From positions 94,314 through 158,313 of the forward strand of contig NVUH01000004.1 in the NCBI GenBank assembly GCA_002401855.1: DNA of 64,000 nucleotides. The letters run 5' to 3'. The DNA comes from Hyphomicrobiales bacterium (GTDB taxonomy: Bacteria > Pseudomonadota > Alphaproteobacteria > Rhizobiales > OSC116). This document shows positions 27,978 through 37,185 of the stretch, piece after piece (positions within the stretch are counted from its first letter, which is position 1; every line of letters starts with the position of its first letter). The notes under the pieces are model-generated. The model saw only the letters and a program-made list of their open reading frames with translations. It had not been told where the DNA came from and searched no databases. The translations under genes and the position numbers were made by a program.

Positions 27978-28940
27978 ATGTTTAAACGTATATTAACGGT
28001 TCTTATCAGTTTGGCAATCTCGACGAATGTGGCTTTGGCTACGATTGCCGAAGACACGGCATTGATCGCTGGTTTAACGGCTACTATAGCTACAGCATGT
28101 AGTGATGAAACCAGTGATGCCTGTGTTACAGCCCGCGCAGAGGTTGTGAGTGCTGAGAGCCGCATTGTTGTGGCTGAGTTTATTAACTTAACGCAAACAG
28201 TCGGTGTGACGGGAGCGGCGGCGGCGGCATTAGAACAATTAAGAGACCTAGAAGGCGTTACTATTGAGCAGCTTGTTACAATTTTGGCGCAATCTGCACC
28301 TGAAACACTTGCAAGCGTAACAAGTGCGGTGGCGACATCTAGCCCTGAAATACTAGGTGCGATGGTCTCGACGATCGCGCAAGTGGCACCTGAAGTCGTG
28401 GCCGATGTGGTGGCACAAGTCGCCGAAGTGGCACCTGAAGTCGTGGCACAAGTGGTGGCACAAGTCGCCGCAGTGGCGCCTGAAGTCGTGGCCGATGTGG
28501 TGGCACAAGTCGCCGAAGTGGCACCTGAAGTCGTGGCCGATGTGGTGGCACAAGTCGCCGAAGTGGCGCCTGAAGTCGTGGCACAAGTGGTGGCACAAGT
28601 CGCCGAAGTGGCGCCTGAAGTCGTGGCACAAGTGGTGGCACAAGTCGCCGCAGTGGCGCCTGAAATCGTGGCCGATGTGGTGGCACAAGTCGCCACAGTG
28701 GCGCCTGAAGTCGTGGCCGAAGTGATCGCACAAGTCGCCGAAGCGGCGCCTGAAGTGATGGCACAAGTGGTGGCACAAGTCATACAAGCCGCGCCTGATT
28801 TGGTTGACGAAGTGACAGAAGCGGTTGCCGAGGCAGATCTTCCACCTGAGGTTCTAGAAGAAGTCGCTAATGTTATTAATGATCCATCAACCGCTGGACT
28901 TGGTGGGGATGACTTACCGAGTGCTGCAAGCCCTGGTTAA
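27978..28940 (+). CDS. secreted acidic Ala/Val/Glu-rich tandem-repeat protein
   Basis: AGGTGA lies 4 nt before the ATG. Signal peptide MFKRILTVLISLAISTNVALA. Nine to ten 15-aa repeats of APEVVA(D/Q)VVAQVAEV. Terminator directly downstream. After the signal peptide there are 3 Arg and no Lys. Confidence 0.75.
   Translation: MFKRILTVLISLAISTNVALATIAEDTALIAGLTATIATACSDETSDACVTARAEVVSAESRIVVAEFINLTQTVGVTGAAAAALEQLRDLEGVTIEQLVTILAQSAPETLASVTSAVATSSPEILGAMVSTIAQVAPEVVADVVAQVAEVAPEVVAQVVAQVAAVAPEVVADVVAQVAEVAPEVVADVVAQVAEVAPEVVAQVVAQVAEVAPEVVAQVVAQVAAVAPEIVADVVAQVATVAPEVVAEVIAQVAEAAPEVMAQVVAQVIQAAPDLVDEVTEAVAEADLPPEVLEEVANVINDPSTAGLGGDDLPSAASPG
28386..28835 (+). repeat. 45-bp tandem repeat array: 9 near-identical units plus 1 degenerate unit
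   Basis: The unit GCACCTGAAGTCGTGGCCGATGTGGTGGCACAAGTCGCCGAAGTG recurs every 45 bp from 28386. Units 1 and 4 are identical. Two variants occur, GCCGATGTG and GCACAAGTG. Confidence 0.95.
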
Positions 28941-28964
28941 TGATGGTCAAATTATAAATCTTTG

Positions 28965-28995
28965 AAAGGCCTCTGATTGTTCGGAGGCTTTTTTT
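28965..28995. terminator. hairpin terminator shared by convergent genes
   Basis: GCCTC (28969-28973) pairs with GAGGC (28984-28988), with flanking pairs, followed by T7 (28989-28995). Confidence 0.5.
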
Positions 28996-29779
28996 ATGCC
29001 AACACGGTCCAACTATAACCTTCTTTTGAACCTTGACGCGATAAAAACGTATATTTTGAAATTTCAACATTAATGATCTTTTTCAATATATTGTCTAAAA
29101 TATATTCGCCCTGATTTGTTGATACGGTTAGTACCGCATGTCTTTCGCCACGTTCTGTATCGACAATGGTTATCAGCAAGGCATTAGAAGGCCAGCCTTG
29201 TTTTATCAATTTGGCTTTTTTAGTCAGTGCGTAATCTTCACAATCACCCTGAGCTAAATTCACTTGCCAATTATCTTTGGTTCCAGCTTTTTCATATTCA
29301 GGGCGTATACTTTTGTTAATTTGATCGTTCACTTGTTTCAAATCGGAGAATAATTGCGAATTCATCAAAACTTCACCTTTTTTACTGACTTTTAAGTGGC
29401 CAATATTCTTTTGGCAAACTGTCAATAATTTATCTTTGCAAAGGCGAAACAAACCAGAGGGAGCTATGGTGCGTTTAGCGACTTTAAGTGACCGGCCCTT
29501 ACCATTGTTGAACAATGTCCGCCACGCTAGACTCGGTGTTAATACCAATCTTTCATTGGTGGATGCATTAAACAATTTATTCACAAAGGCTGCATCAGTT
29601 ATTAGCTTATTCTGCAAATCTGATTTTAAAGAAAATGTCGGCACCAAGCGTTCTAAGCGTGTCATACCATTAAGTTGGTCAATAAATGAACCGCCCGCTT
29701 GTTCTTTAGCCATCACATTATTTACATTCAATAATGTAGCAAGCGCTAGCATTGTTTTAAAAGTTGAAAATCTACTCAT
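28994..29779 (-). CDS. periplasmic transglutaminase-like cysteine peptidase (BTLCP / Peptidase C93, LapG-related family)
   Basis: GGAG lies 6 nt before ATG 29779. Signal peptide MSRFSTFKTMLALATLLNVNNVMA. Family hallmarks GDCEDYA ... RHAVL ... ILDN (Cys-His-Asp). Confidence 0.8.
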   Translation of the reverse strand: MSRFSTFKTMLALATLLNVNNVMAKEQAGGSFIDQLNGMTRLERLVPTFSLKSDLQNKLITDAAFVNKLFNASTNERLVLTPSLAWRTLFNNGKGRSLKVAKRTIAPSGLFRLCKDKLLTVCQKNIGHLKVSKKGEVLMNSQLFSDLKQVNDQINKSIRPEYEKAGTKDNWQVNLAQGDCEDYALTKKAKLIKQGWPSNALLITIVDTERGERHAVLTVSTNQGEYILDNILKKIINVEISKYTFLSRQGSKEGYSWTVLA

Positions 29780-30099
29780 CACTAACTCCATCTCATATTG
29801 GAGCCCATTTAACCTTTAAAGTTTTTACAATTTATAGAAATAATCATTCAAATTTTATCTATTCGCTGACTACTTACTTTCTTAGTAAATAAATTATGAA
29901 TTAAAAATCACATATAATTCATTGAAAATATTAATAAAATATTAAAAACACGGGTAAAGAATGGCGTTGTTTAGGTATAGATTAAATGGAATGTTACCGC
30001 TCAACATAATTATATTGTGACAATGGATATTTTGACCGATTGCATGAATGATCTAGAAAGACACAGGGTTTTATTATTACTGGAAAGCTAGCTATAGCT

Positions 30100-31449
30100 T
30101 CATTCTGCAGGGTGTGACGGGGGTTTTCTGCGGAATTTTTGATTGAATGATAGGCTCACTAAGAAAAATGCATAGAGGCTTATGGCAGGGACTTGTATGG
30201 TGAAGTCAAACACTCCATGAACCAACATTTCAACTATAATTGCCGCGGCAGGTATTATTAATATCCAATTGTTATTGGATTTGAGACAACGTTTTAACAA
30301 TCGAATAAATATTGCGGCCACAAAATAATATATTATTAAAAATATAGGTATGCCCAAAGTTACCATAATCTCCATAGGGGTTGAATGTAATTTATTCCAA
30401 AAAATATGATCTATGCTATTGGCATAATGGTAAAGCGGTTCTAAATCGATATATGTGCCCGCGCCATGCCCCAATAACGGCCGATCAACAACCGCAATAA
30501 TTGAATCTGCAATTAAAGCAAGCCGTGCTTGTGTGCTATGGATTGCACTATCACCTCTAAATTGGGCAAGGTAATAAAGTGCTACAAATGCCGCAAATAG
30601 AACCAATAAAATGACAATAATTTTCACGCCATTGGGCAGGGCGTTTTTCTTTTTTCTTGATTTGTTGACAAACATTACCAACAAAACTAAGAAAATAACT
30701 GCAATTAATGTCGACATTATCCCGCCTCTAGATGCGGTTAATATTTGCGAAATCGCCAAAAATATTAAATTTAAAGAAATCAGAAACGCCTGAGTGAAAA
30801 GGGGTAGTTTAGTAGAATGAATGCGCTTCAATAAAAGCAATTCGACTAAATAACTCATGCAAATAATAATCCCGAAGCCGATAAAATTGGCCATGGCGTT
30901 TTTATAAATAAATGTGCCATTTATCCATTTAAGGTTTATTTCGGAGTCTAGAATGCCGTAGGTCTGCAAATCAAATAAATACACAATCAGCCCAAACAGG
31001 GCTATGGCATTGATAATCGTCAAACAAATAAATTGCAATTGAATGGCAGCCTTCACATCATACATTGCCATGTAAACGCCAATTAATACAATTGATAAGC
31101 TCATATAGCCCATCAAGGCACTCCAAGTTAAGCCTGGGTTAAGGCTAATGGCACCATTAATGCCCAGTTCTTGCCACAAGGGGTGGTTTAAAAAATCGGG
31201 CGTGAGGCTGGTGGCTTGTAGCACCATCCAAGCGGGTATTATGACGAATAAAAAGATGATAATATTTCGGGTATTTTTATTCAAATCGCTAAATAACTTG
31301 GTCATATTGCCTGAGTGAATAAAAAAGCCAAGGGCTAATATGGTGAGCGTTAAATTGATAAGCTCAAACCCATGTCGATTGCCGCCTAATAAAATGGGCG
31401 AGATTATGAGTGATATAATCAAAAATATTTTACTTATTTTATATGTCAT
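30100..31449 (-). CDS. O-antigen ligase family (Wzy_C) polytopic membrane protein
   Basis: 449 aa with about 11-12 TM segments. Large loop with FRGDS...RLALIADS...LGHGAGTY...LHSTPMEIMVTLGIP, typical of the WaaL/PglL/Wzy_C family. Very AT-rich gene. Confidence 0.78.
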   Translation of the reverse strand: MTYKISKIFLIISLIISPILLGGNRHGFELINLTLTILALGFFIHSGNMTKLFSDLNKNTRNIIIFLFVIIPAWMVLQATSLTPDFLNHPLWQELGINGAISLNPGLTWSALMGYMSLSIVLIGVYMAMYDVKAAIQLQFICLTIINAIALFGLIVYLFDLQTYGILDSEINLKWINGTFIYKNAMANFIGFGIIICMSYLVELLLLKRIHSTKLPLFTQAFLISLNLIFLAISQILTASRGGIMSTLIAVIFLVLLVMFVNKSRKKKNALPNGVKIIVILLVLFAAFVALYYLAQFRGDSAIHSTQARLALIADSIIAVVDRPLLGHGAGTYIDLEPLYHYANSIDHIFWNKLHSTPMEIMVTLGIPIFLIIYYFVAAIFIRLLKRCLKSNNNWILIIPAAAIIVEMLVHGVFDFTIQVPAISLYAFFLVSLSFNQKFRRKPPSHPAE

Positions 31450-31677
31450 AAAATCAATCCCTATAATATAAGCAACTTAAATGAATAGGCTCTGTTGTTA
31501 GCTATATATTTGCGAATATTTAACATAAAGTCACTTATTAAATGTATAAATGTTAAAACTTAGTTTCAGGTGAGTGACCGCCAAATTGAAATTAAATCAA
31601 TTTTACGTCATAAGCTTTTATCAGCCTCGCGAAAATATAAGAAGCAGGCTATGATCAGTTCAGGATAAAATTGAATA

Positions 31678-32196
31678 ATGAAAGAAGGTCATATGACAAA
31701 TGATTTGGAACGCGCGGTATTGGCTGGTGGTTGTTTTTGGGGCATGCAGGATTTAATACGCAAACAAATAGGCGTGGTCAATACACGGGTCGGCTATACA
31801 GGCGGCGATGTGCCCAACGCCACCTATCGCAATCACGGCACCCATGCCGAGGCCATTGAAATTATGTTTGATCCTCAAGTTACAAATTATCGCAATATGT
31901 TGGAGTTTTTCTTTCAAATTCACGACCCTTCGACCGAAAACCGCCAAGGCAATGACATTGGCACATCCTACCGTTCAGAAATTTTCTACGCTTCAGATGC
32001 GCAGCGGCTTGAAGCTCTGCGCACCATTGATGATGTTAATGCTGCGGGCATTTGGCCTGGCCGTGTCGCCACTTTGTTAAGCGAGGTTGGCGATTTTTGG
32101 GAAGCTGAGGCTGAGCATCAAGATTACTTATTGCTGCGCCCTGATGGTTATACGTGCCACTTTTTGCGGCCCGATTGGGTGTTGCCAAAACAATAA
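31678..32196 (+). CDS. msrA: peptide-methionine (S)-S-oxide reductase
   Basis: GGCFWGMQD active-site motif. The start may instead be ATG 31693, which is preceded by GAAGG. Confidence 0.93.
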   Translation: MKEGHMTNDLERAVLAGGCFWGMQDLIRKQIGVVNTRVGYTGGDVPNATYRNHGTHAEAIEIMFDPQVTNYRNMLEFFFQIHDPSTENRQGNDIGTSYRSEIFYASDAQRLEALRTIDDVNAAGIWPGRVATLLSEVGDFWEAEAEHQDYLLLRPDGYTCHFLRPDWVLPKQ

Positions 32197-32205
32197 GGTC
32201 GGTCG

Positions 32206-33681
32206 ATGAATAAACCTGAATTTGACATTACATATAGCCAATTGCCACCGCAATTATATGCCCATACCAAGCCCGATCCTGCACCAAACGCGGCCTATGT
32301 TTGGCTCAATAATTCATGGGCAAGATCAATCGGTTTGGATCCGGCATGGCTCGGCTCTGATGAAGCGCTTGGCATGTTTTCGGGCATACAGGATATAGAA
32401 GAAGACTATGCGCCGTTGGCCATGGCTTATTCTGGCCATCAATTCGGGCATTTTTCGGCGCAATTGGGCGATGGCCGCGCTTTGCTGATTGGCGAATTTG
32501 TTGACAGTGATGCAACTCGATATGACCTGCATTTAAAAGGCAGTGGCTCGACCGTCTATTCACGGCGCGGTGATGGCAAATCAACATTAAGAGCCGCGTT
32601 AAAAGAAACGCTATTTTCAGAATATATGGCGGCGATTGGCATTTCGACCACCCGCACATTGGCAGTGTTTGAAACGGGCGAAACGGTTATTCGCGACAAA
32701 GCGCATAAAGGCGCTGTGCTGCTACGCGCTGCCAAAAGCCTGATCAGGGTCGGCACTTTTGAATTTGCTGATATTATGAAGGGCGCGGACATTGTTGAAA
32801 AATTGGCTGATTTTTTAATCGTGCGTGAATATGCTGATATTGACATTGAAGCTGATGACCGCCATCAGCAATTATTCGGCCAAATTGTCAGCCGCCAAGC
32901 CGAATTAATCGGTAAATGGATGAGCCAAGGTTTTATTCATGGGGTGATGAATAGTGACAATATGGCATTGTCTGGCGAGACTATCGATTTTGGCCCGTGC
33001 GCTTTTATGGAAAGGTTTAAACCCAACCAAGTGTTCAGCTCGATAGACCAAAATGGCCGCTATGCATGGAACCGCCAAGCCGAAATGGCGATGTGGAATC
33101 TTTCGAAATTGGCGGAAAGTCTGCTTGATTTATTTGATGAAAATCAAGAGGCGGCGATTCAGATTGCTGAAGATGAATTAAGCAAGTTTTTTCCGCAATT
33201 TATGATGCATTTCAACCAATTTGTCATGCGGAAACTGGGCCTAAGCATTGAGGGTGAGCAAGCCGAAGATATGATGAGCCAAACCTTCGCCATGTTATCA
33301 ACCGCCAAGCCCGACTACACATTGTTTTTTAGATATTTAGGCGATGTTTTGACCGGCGAAGATGAGAGCTTGCTGGTGGCGCTGTGCGCGGATGAGCAAC
33401 CGCTGCAAAGCTGGCTAAGTGTTTGGCGAAGGCATATTGAAAATGAGGCTATAACCACAACCGAAATTGCCAAGAATATACAGCAAATCAACCCGATTTA
33501 TGTGCCAAGATTTCGGCTGGTTGAACGGGCGCTGGAACAAGCTGGAAATGGCGACCTTGCAGCATTTAAGCATCTACTCAAAGCGCTGCAAGACCCATAT
33601 ATCGAGGCTGTTGAATTTGCAGATTATCTATTTGTTGCTGCTGATGATGACGCCGATGAACAGACATTTTGTGAAACTTAA
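32206..33681 (+). CDS. selO: protein adenylyltransferase SelO (YdiU/UPF0061)
   Basis: 491 aa with GHQFGHFSAQLGDGRALLIGE and HGVMNSDNMALSGETIDFGPCAFME. Cys third from the C-terminus (FCET). Confidence 0.92.
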   Translation: MNKPEFDITYSQLPPQLYAHTKPDPAPNAAYVWLNNSWARSIGLDPAWLGSDEALGMFSGIQDIEEDYAPLAMAYSGHQFGHFSAQLGDGRALLIGEFVDSDATRYDLHLKGSGSTVYSRRGDGKSTLRAALKETLFSEYMAAIGISTTRTLAVFETGETVIRDKAHKGAVLLRAAKSLIRVGTFEFADIMKGADIVEKLADFLIVREYADIDIEADDRHQQLFGQIVSRQAELIGKWMSQGFIHGVMNSDNMALSGETIDFGPCAFMERFKPNQVFSSIDQNGRYAWNRQAEMAMWNLSKLAESLLDLFDENQEAAIQIAEDELSKFFPQFMMHFNQFVMRKLGLSIEGEQAEDMMSQTFAMLSTAKPDYTLFFRYLGDVLTGEDESLLVALCADEQPLQSWLSVWRRHIENEAITTTEIAKNIQQINPIYVPRFRLVERALEQAGNGDLAAFKHLLKALQDPYIEAVEFADYLFVAADDDADEQTFCET

Positions 33682-33688
33682 ATCTTGT

Positions 33689-34057
33689 TCACTCATTGAT
33701 TAATGCGGTAGATAAAACCCAAGTTTCGGGCATATATTGATTGCCCCATTTGCACATTTCTTGCAAAATTGGCAATAAAGCTTTGCCCTTGTCGGTTAAT
33801 TTATATTCATATCGGGTTGGGCGTTGCTGGTAAACAACTCGATCGGCAAGCCCTGCGCCTTCGATAAGCTCTAATCTTTTGCTCAGCACATTGGTGGCAA
33901 TATTTTCGGCCGAAGCTAAAAATTCGCCAAATTTTGATTTGCCAACCAGCATATCGCGCAGAATAATCAGCGTCCAGCGGTCGCCAAAAATATCTAACGA
34001 ACTGGCAATTGGACATTCAGATCTAGCACAACATTTTATTGACATAAGCCTAGTCAC
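33689..34057 (-). CDS. HxlR family transcriptional regulator
   Basis: [22 protein letters not shown] is a winged-helix HxlR signature; 122 aa. Confidence 0.85.
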   Translation of the reverse strand: MTRLMSIKCCARSECPIASSLDIFGDRWTLIILRDMLVGKSKFGEFLASAENIATNVLSKRLELIEGAGLADRVVYQQRPTRYEYKLTDKGKALLPILQEMCKWGNQYMPETWVLSTALINE

Positions 34058-34059
34058 TT

Positions 34060-34082
34060 GTTACTTGCAATACACAAGTAAC
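34060..34082. promoter_or_regulatory. inverted repeat, candidate HxlR operator
   Basis: GTTACTTG (34060-34067) and CAAGTAAC (34075-34082), an 8-bp perfect inverted repeat with a 7-nt spacer, 3 nt upstream of the hxlR start. Confidence 0.3.
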
Positions 34083-34178
34083 TATTATACACATAACCGC
34101 TCAACAATCAACCAAGATATATATTGCCGCATGAACAGCTGCTATTTGCACTGCATATATAATGAAGGAATGATGCAT

Positions 34179-35096
34179 ATGCTGAAAATAAGCAATTTAA
34201 CCAAATCTTACGACAATGGTTTTACGGCGCTTAAGAATATTGATCTAGAGGTGAAATCGGGTGAAATTTTTGCGCTTTTGGGCCCTAATGGCGCGGGCAA
34301 GACCACCTTAATTTCTATTATTTGCGGTTTGGTCAACCCGACATCGGGCAGTGTTAAAGTCGGAGGTTTTGACATATTATCCGATTACCGCAAAGCCCGC
34401 AGTTTGATTGGTTTGGTGCCGCAGGAAATTAGCCTCAAGCCATTTCTAACGGTGATAAACTCAGTAAAATTCACCCGCGGACTATTTGGCAAAAAACCTG
34501 ACCTTAAATTGATGGAAGATATTTTAAGGAAATTGTCTTTGTGGGACAAACGCGACGACAGAACCATGACCTTATCGGGCGGTATGAAAAGACGCTTATT
34601 GATCGCCAAAGCGCTCTATCACGAGCCACGCATCTTGTTTTTAGATGAGCCAACCGCAGGGGTTGATGTCGAATTGCGCAAAGATATGTGGAATTTGGTG
34701 GCACAGTTAAAGGCCGATGGCGTGACGATTATTTTGACCACTCACTATATTGAAGAGGCCGAAGCCATTGCTGATCGGGTTGGTATCATCCGCGATGGAG
34801 AATTGCTGATGGTCGAAGATAAAGCCACTTTGGTCGAGCGGCTCGGCAAACGGCAGCTTACTGTGCAATTGATCGAACCGCTCACACAAATGCCTGATTA
34901 TTTACAGGGGTTAGATTTGGTTTTAGATGCTGCCACTGGCGATCTAATCTATACTTATGAAGCGGATGGTAAGCGCACGGGCATTGCCAATTTATTTTCC
35001 ACGTTGAGCGAAAATGGCATCATCATCGGTGATGTGCAGAGCAGCCAAAGCTCGCTTGAAGACATTATGATCGATATGTTAGGAGACAATGTATGA
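34179..35096 (+). CDS. ABC-2 type exporter ATP-binding protein
   Basis: Start [11 protein letters not shown] at 34179, 8 nt after [23 protein letters not shown] and LFLDEP motifs. The track's 100-codon extension overlaps hxlR and is rejected. Confidence 0.9.
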   Translation: MLKISNLTKSYDNGFTALKNIDLEVKSGEIFALLGPNGAGKTTLISIICGLVNPTSGSVKVGGFDILSDYRKARSLIGLVPQEISLKPFLTVINSVKFTRGLFGKKPDLKLMEDILRKLSLWDKRDDRTMTLSGGMKRRLLIAKALYHEPRILFLDEPTAGVDVELRKDMWNLVAQLKADGVTIILTTHYIEEAEAIADRVGIIRDGELLMVEDKATLVERLGKRQLTVQLIEPLTQMPDYLQGLDLVLDAATGDLIYTYEADGKRTGIANLFSTLSENGIIIGDVQSSQSSLEDIMIDMLGDNV

Positions 35097-35854
35097 ATTA
35101 CCAAGCTGTGAAGTCAATCTATGTATCTGAAATGATGCGGGCGATACGCACCATCACCCAAAGCCTCATTTCGCCTGTGCTTTCAACCTCGCTGTATTTT
35201 GTGGTGTTTGGCACGGCCATCGGCTCGCGTATGGATGCAATTGACGGGGTCGAATATGGCTTGTTCATCGTGCCTGGGCTGATCATGTTATCAGTATTGG
35301 CGCAAAGCATTTCAAACGCCTCATTCGGCATTTATTTCCCCAAATTTACGGGGTCAATCTATGAAATTCACACTGCACCGATATCGGCGATCGAAATTCT
35401 CATTGGTTATGTTGGCGCGGCGGCGAGTAAATCTATGTTCATTGGCATTGTCACGCTCATCACCGCGAACCTGTTTGTGCCACTGCATATTGAGCATCCA
35501 ATCGCCATGTTTAGTTTCCTCATTTTAACCTGCGTTGGCTTTAGCCTGTTTGGTTTTATTATTGGATTATGGGCGAAAAATTTCGAACAATTGTCACTTA
35601 TCCCACTGTTGGTCATCACGCCACTGGTATTTTTGGGTGGGTCGTTTTATTCGATTTCCATGCTGCCGCCATTTTGGCAAAATGTATCTTTCTTCAACCC
35701 TGTGGTTTATTTGGTTTCAGGTTTTAGGTGGAGCTTTTTTGGTGTGGGCGACATGCCTATTAGTACCAGCCTCATTGCCATTGCTATTTTTATCGGCATA
35801 TGCGCGGCCATCATCACTTGGACATTCCGCACTGGCTATAAAATCAAAGAATAG
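35093..35854 (+). CDS. ABC-2 type exporter permease
   Basis: 253 aa with 6 TM segments. ATGA overlap with the ATPase gene. Confidence 0.88.
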   Translation: MNYQAVKSIYVSEMMRAIRTITQSLISPVLSTSLYFVVFGTAIGSRMDAIDGVEYGLFIVPGLIMLSVLAQSISNASFGIYFPKFTGSIYEIHTAPISAIEILIGYVGAAASKSMFIGIVTLITANLFVPLHIEHPIAMFSFLILTCVGFSLFGFIIGLWAKNFEQLSLIPLLVITPLVFLGGSFYSISMLPPFWQNVSFFNPVVYLVSGFRWSFFGVGDMPISTSLIAIAIFIGICAAIITWTFRTGYKIKE

Positions 35855-35862
35855 GTGTTTGA

Positions 35863-37185
35863 TCAATAAAGCCAACGCATTAAAAATAATGTGATGGATG
35901 GGAACATAACCAAAATTACCGTCCTGATCAAATCGGACATAATGAACGGAACCACACCTCTAAATGTATCGGCAAGGGGCGTGGTTTTGGCCATTGAATT
36001 GATGACAAATAGATTCATCCCGACAGGCGGGGTGATTAAGCCGACCTCGACCACAATCAACACCAATATACCAAACCAGATGGCAAATTCATCGGGCGTA
36101 AGGCCAAAATCTAGCATGGATACAATCGGAAAAAATATCGGAATTGTAAGCAATATCATTGATAGTGAATCCATCACACAACCCAATATCATATAGACAA
36201 TTAAAATCAGCACCAAGATAGTCCATGGGCTTAAGCCCAGCACAACCACCCAATCGGCAATTTCTTGTGGCACTTGGCTGAGTGCCAAAAAGCCATTGTA
36301 AATGCTGGCGCCAAATACGATGAAAAAGATCATGCCCGTGGCCGTCGCAGTTTGCAAAATAGAATCGATGACGCTGGCTTTGGTCAGGCCGCCATTTAGA
36401 TATGCCAATATGCCGGTGCCTGCCGCGCCGACTGCTGCGCCTTCGGTGGGGGTGAAAACCCCCGCATAAATACCACCAACGACAATCAAAAATATCGCCA
36501 AAACTGGCCAAACTTTTAACAAAGCAGCAAAGCGCTCAGAATATGGTGCGCGTTCGCGCGAGCCTGCCTCATTAGGGTAAATACGCACATAGATTGATAT
36601 GGCGATGATATAACCAACCGCCGCCAATAGGCCTGGCACCAAAGCCGCGATGAATAATTTGGCGATATTTTGCTCGGTTAAAATGGCAAAAATAACCAAT
36701 ACAAATGATGGCGGAATGAGAATGCCTAATGTGCCGCCCGCAGCCAACGCACCTGTGGCCAATTTGCCCGAATAGCCATATTTGCGCAGCTCAGGTAAAG
36801 CCACCTGCCCCATGGTGGCGGCTGTCGCCAAAGATGATCCGCATATCGCGCCAAAGCCAGCACAAGCGCCAATGGCGGCCATGGCCACGCCACCTTTTTT
36901 ATGTCCCATCCACGTTTCGGCGGCTTTAAATAAAGCTTGTGACATGCCACCTAGCCGTGCAAATTGCCCCATCAGTAAAAATAGCGGAATGATGGTCAGC
37001 GAATAGCTGGAAAAAGTTGAAAAAGTCTCATTCTTTAATTTGGATAATATCGGCACCCAATTGTCGCCAATTAGAAACGAGCCGACAAACCCGACCATCA
37101 ACATTGAGAGACCAATGGGAATGCGGATGAAAATGAGTAAAATAAGTATCGGGAAGGAGTAAATGCCAATTTCTAAACCGCTCAA
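35863..37185 (-). CDS. dctM: TRAP transporter large permease
   Basis: 440 aa polytopic DctM-type protein, overlapping the dctQ stop. Confidence 0.9.
   Translation of the reverse strand: MSGLEIGIYSFPILILLIFIRIPIGLSMLMVGFVGSFLIGDNWVPILSKLKNETFSTFSSYSLTIIPLFLLMGQFARLGGMSQALFKAAETWMGHKKGGVAMAAIGACAGFGAICGSSLATAATMGQVALPELRKYGYSGKLATGALAAGGTLGILIPPSFVLVIFAILTEQNIAKLFIAALVPGLLAAVGYIIAISIYVRIYPNEAGSRERAPYSERFAALLKVWPVLAIFLIVVGGIYAGVFTPTEGAAVGAAGTGILAYLNGGLTKASVIDSILQTATATGMIFFIVFGASIYNGFLALSQVPQEIADWVVVLGLSPWTILVLILIVYMILGCVMDSLSMILLTIPIFFPIVSMLDFGLTPDEFAIWFGILVLIVVEVGLITPPVGMNLFVINSMAKTTPLADTFRGVVPFIMSDLIRTVILVMFPSITLFLMRWLY

Noticed and set aside
27926-28787. Long ORFs on the minus strand (285, 145 and 144 aa) and a second plus-strand frame (28357-28725) covering the repeat region.
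   Set aside because: These are by-products of the 45-bp repeat and of the GCN/GTN/GAA codon usage of the real gene, whose antisense codons cannot form stops. They lack a ribosome-binding site, signal peptide or terminator. The 27978-28940 frame has all three.
28386-28835. Whether the regular 45-bp repeats could be a CRISPR array.
   Set aside because: The units are directly abutting with no unique spacers. They lie in frame inside a coding sequence, and no cas genes are present.
27978-29779. A classical LapG/LapA/LapD adhesin-release system.
   Set aside because: There are no type I secretion genes, no giant RTX-type adhesin and no adjacent LapD-like degenerate GGDEF-EAL receptor. The only GGDEF-EAL gene is 20 kb away with an apparently active, NIT-type architecture. 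I kept only the weaker idea of a novel substrate.
33879-34178. A 100-codon N-terminal extension of the ABC ATPase ORF.
   Set aside because: It runs antisense through the hxlR gene and the promoter region. A Shine-Dalgarno sequence and ATG at 34179 give a normal [12 protein letters not shown]-terminus.
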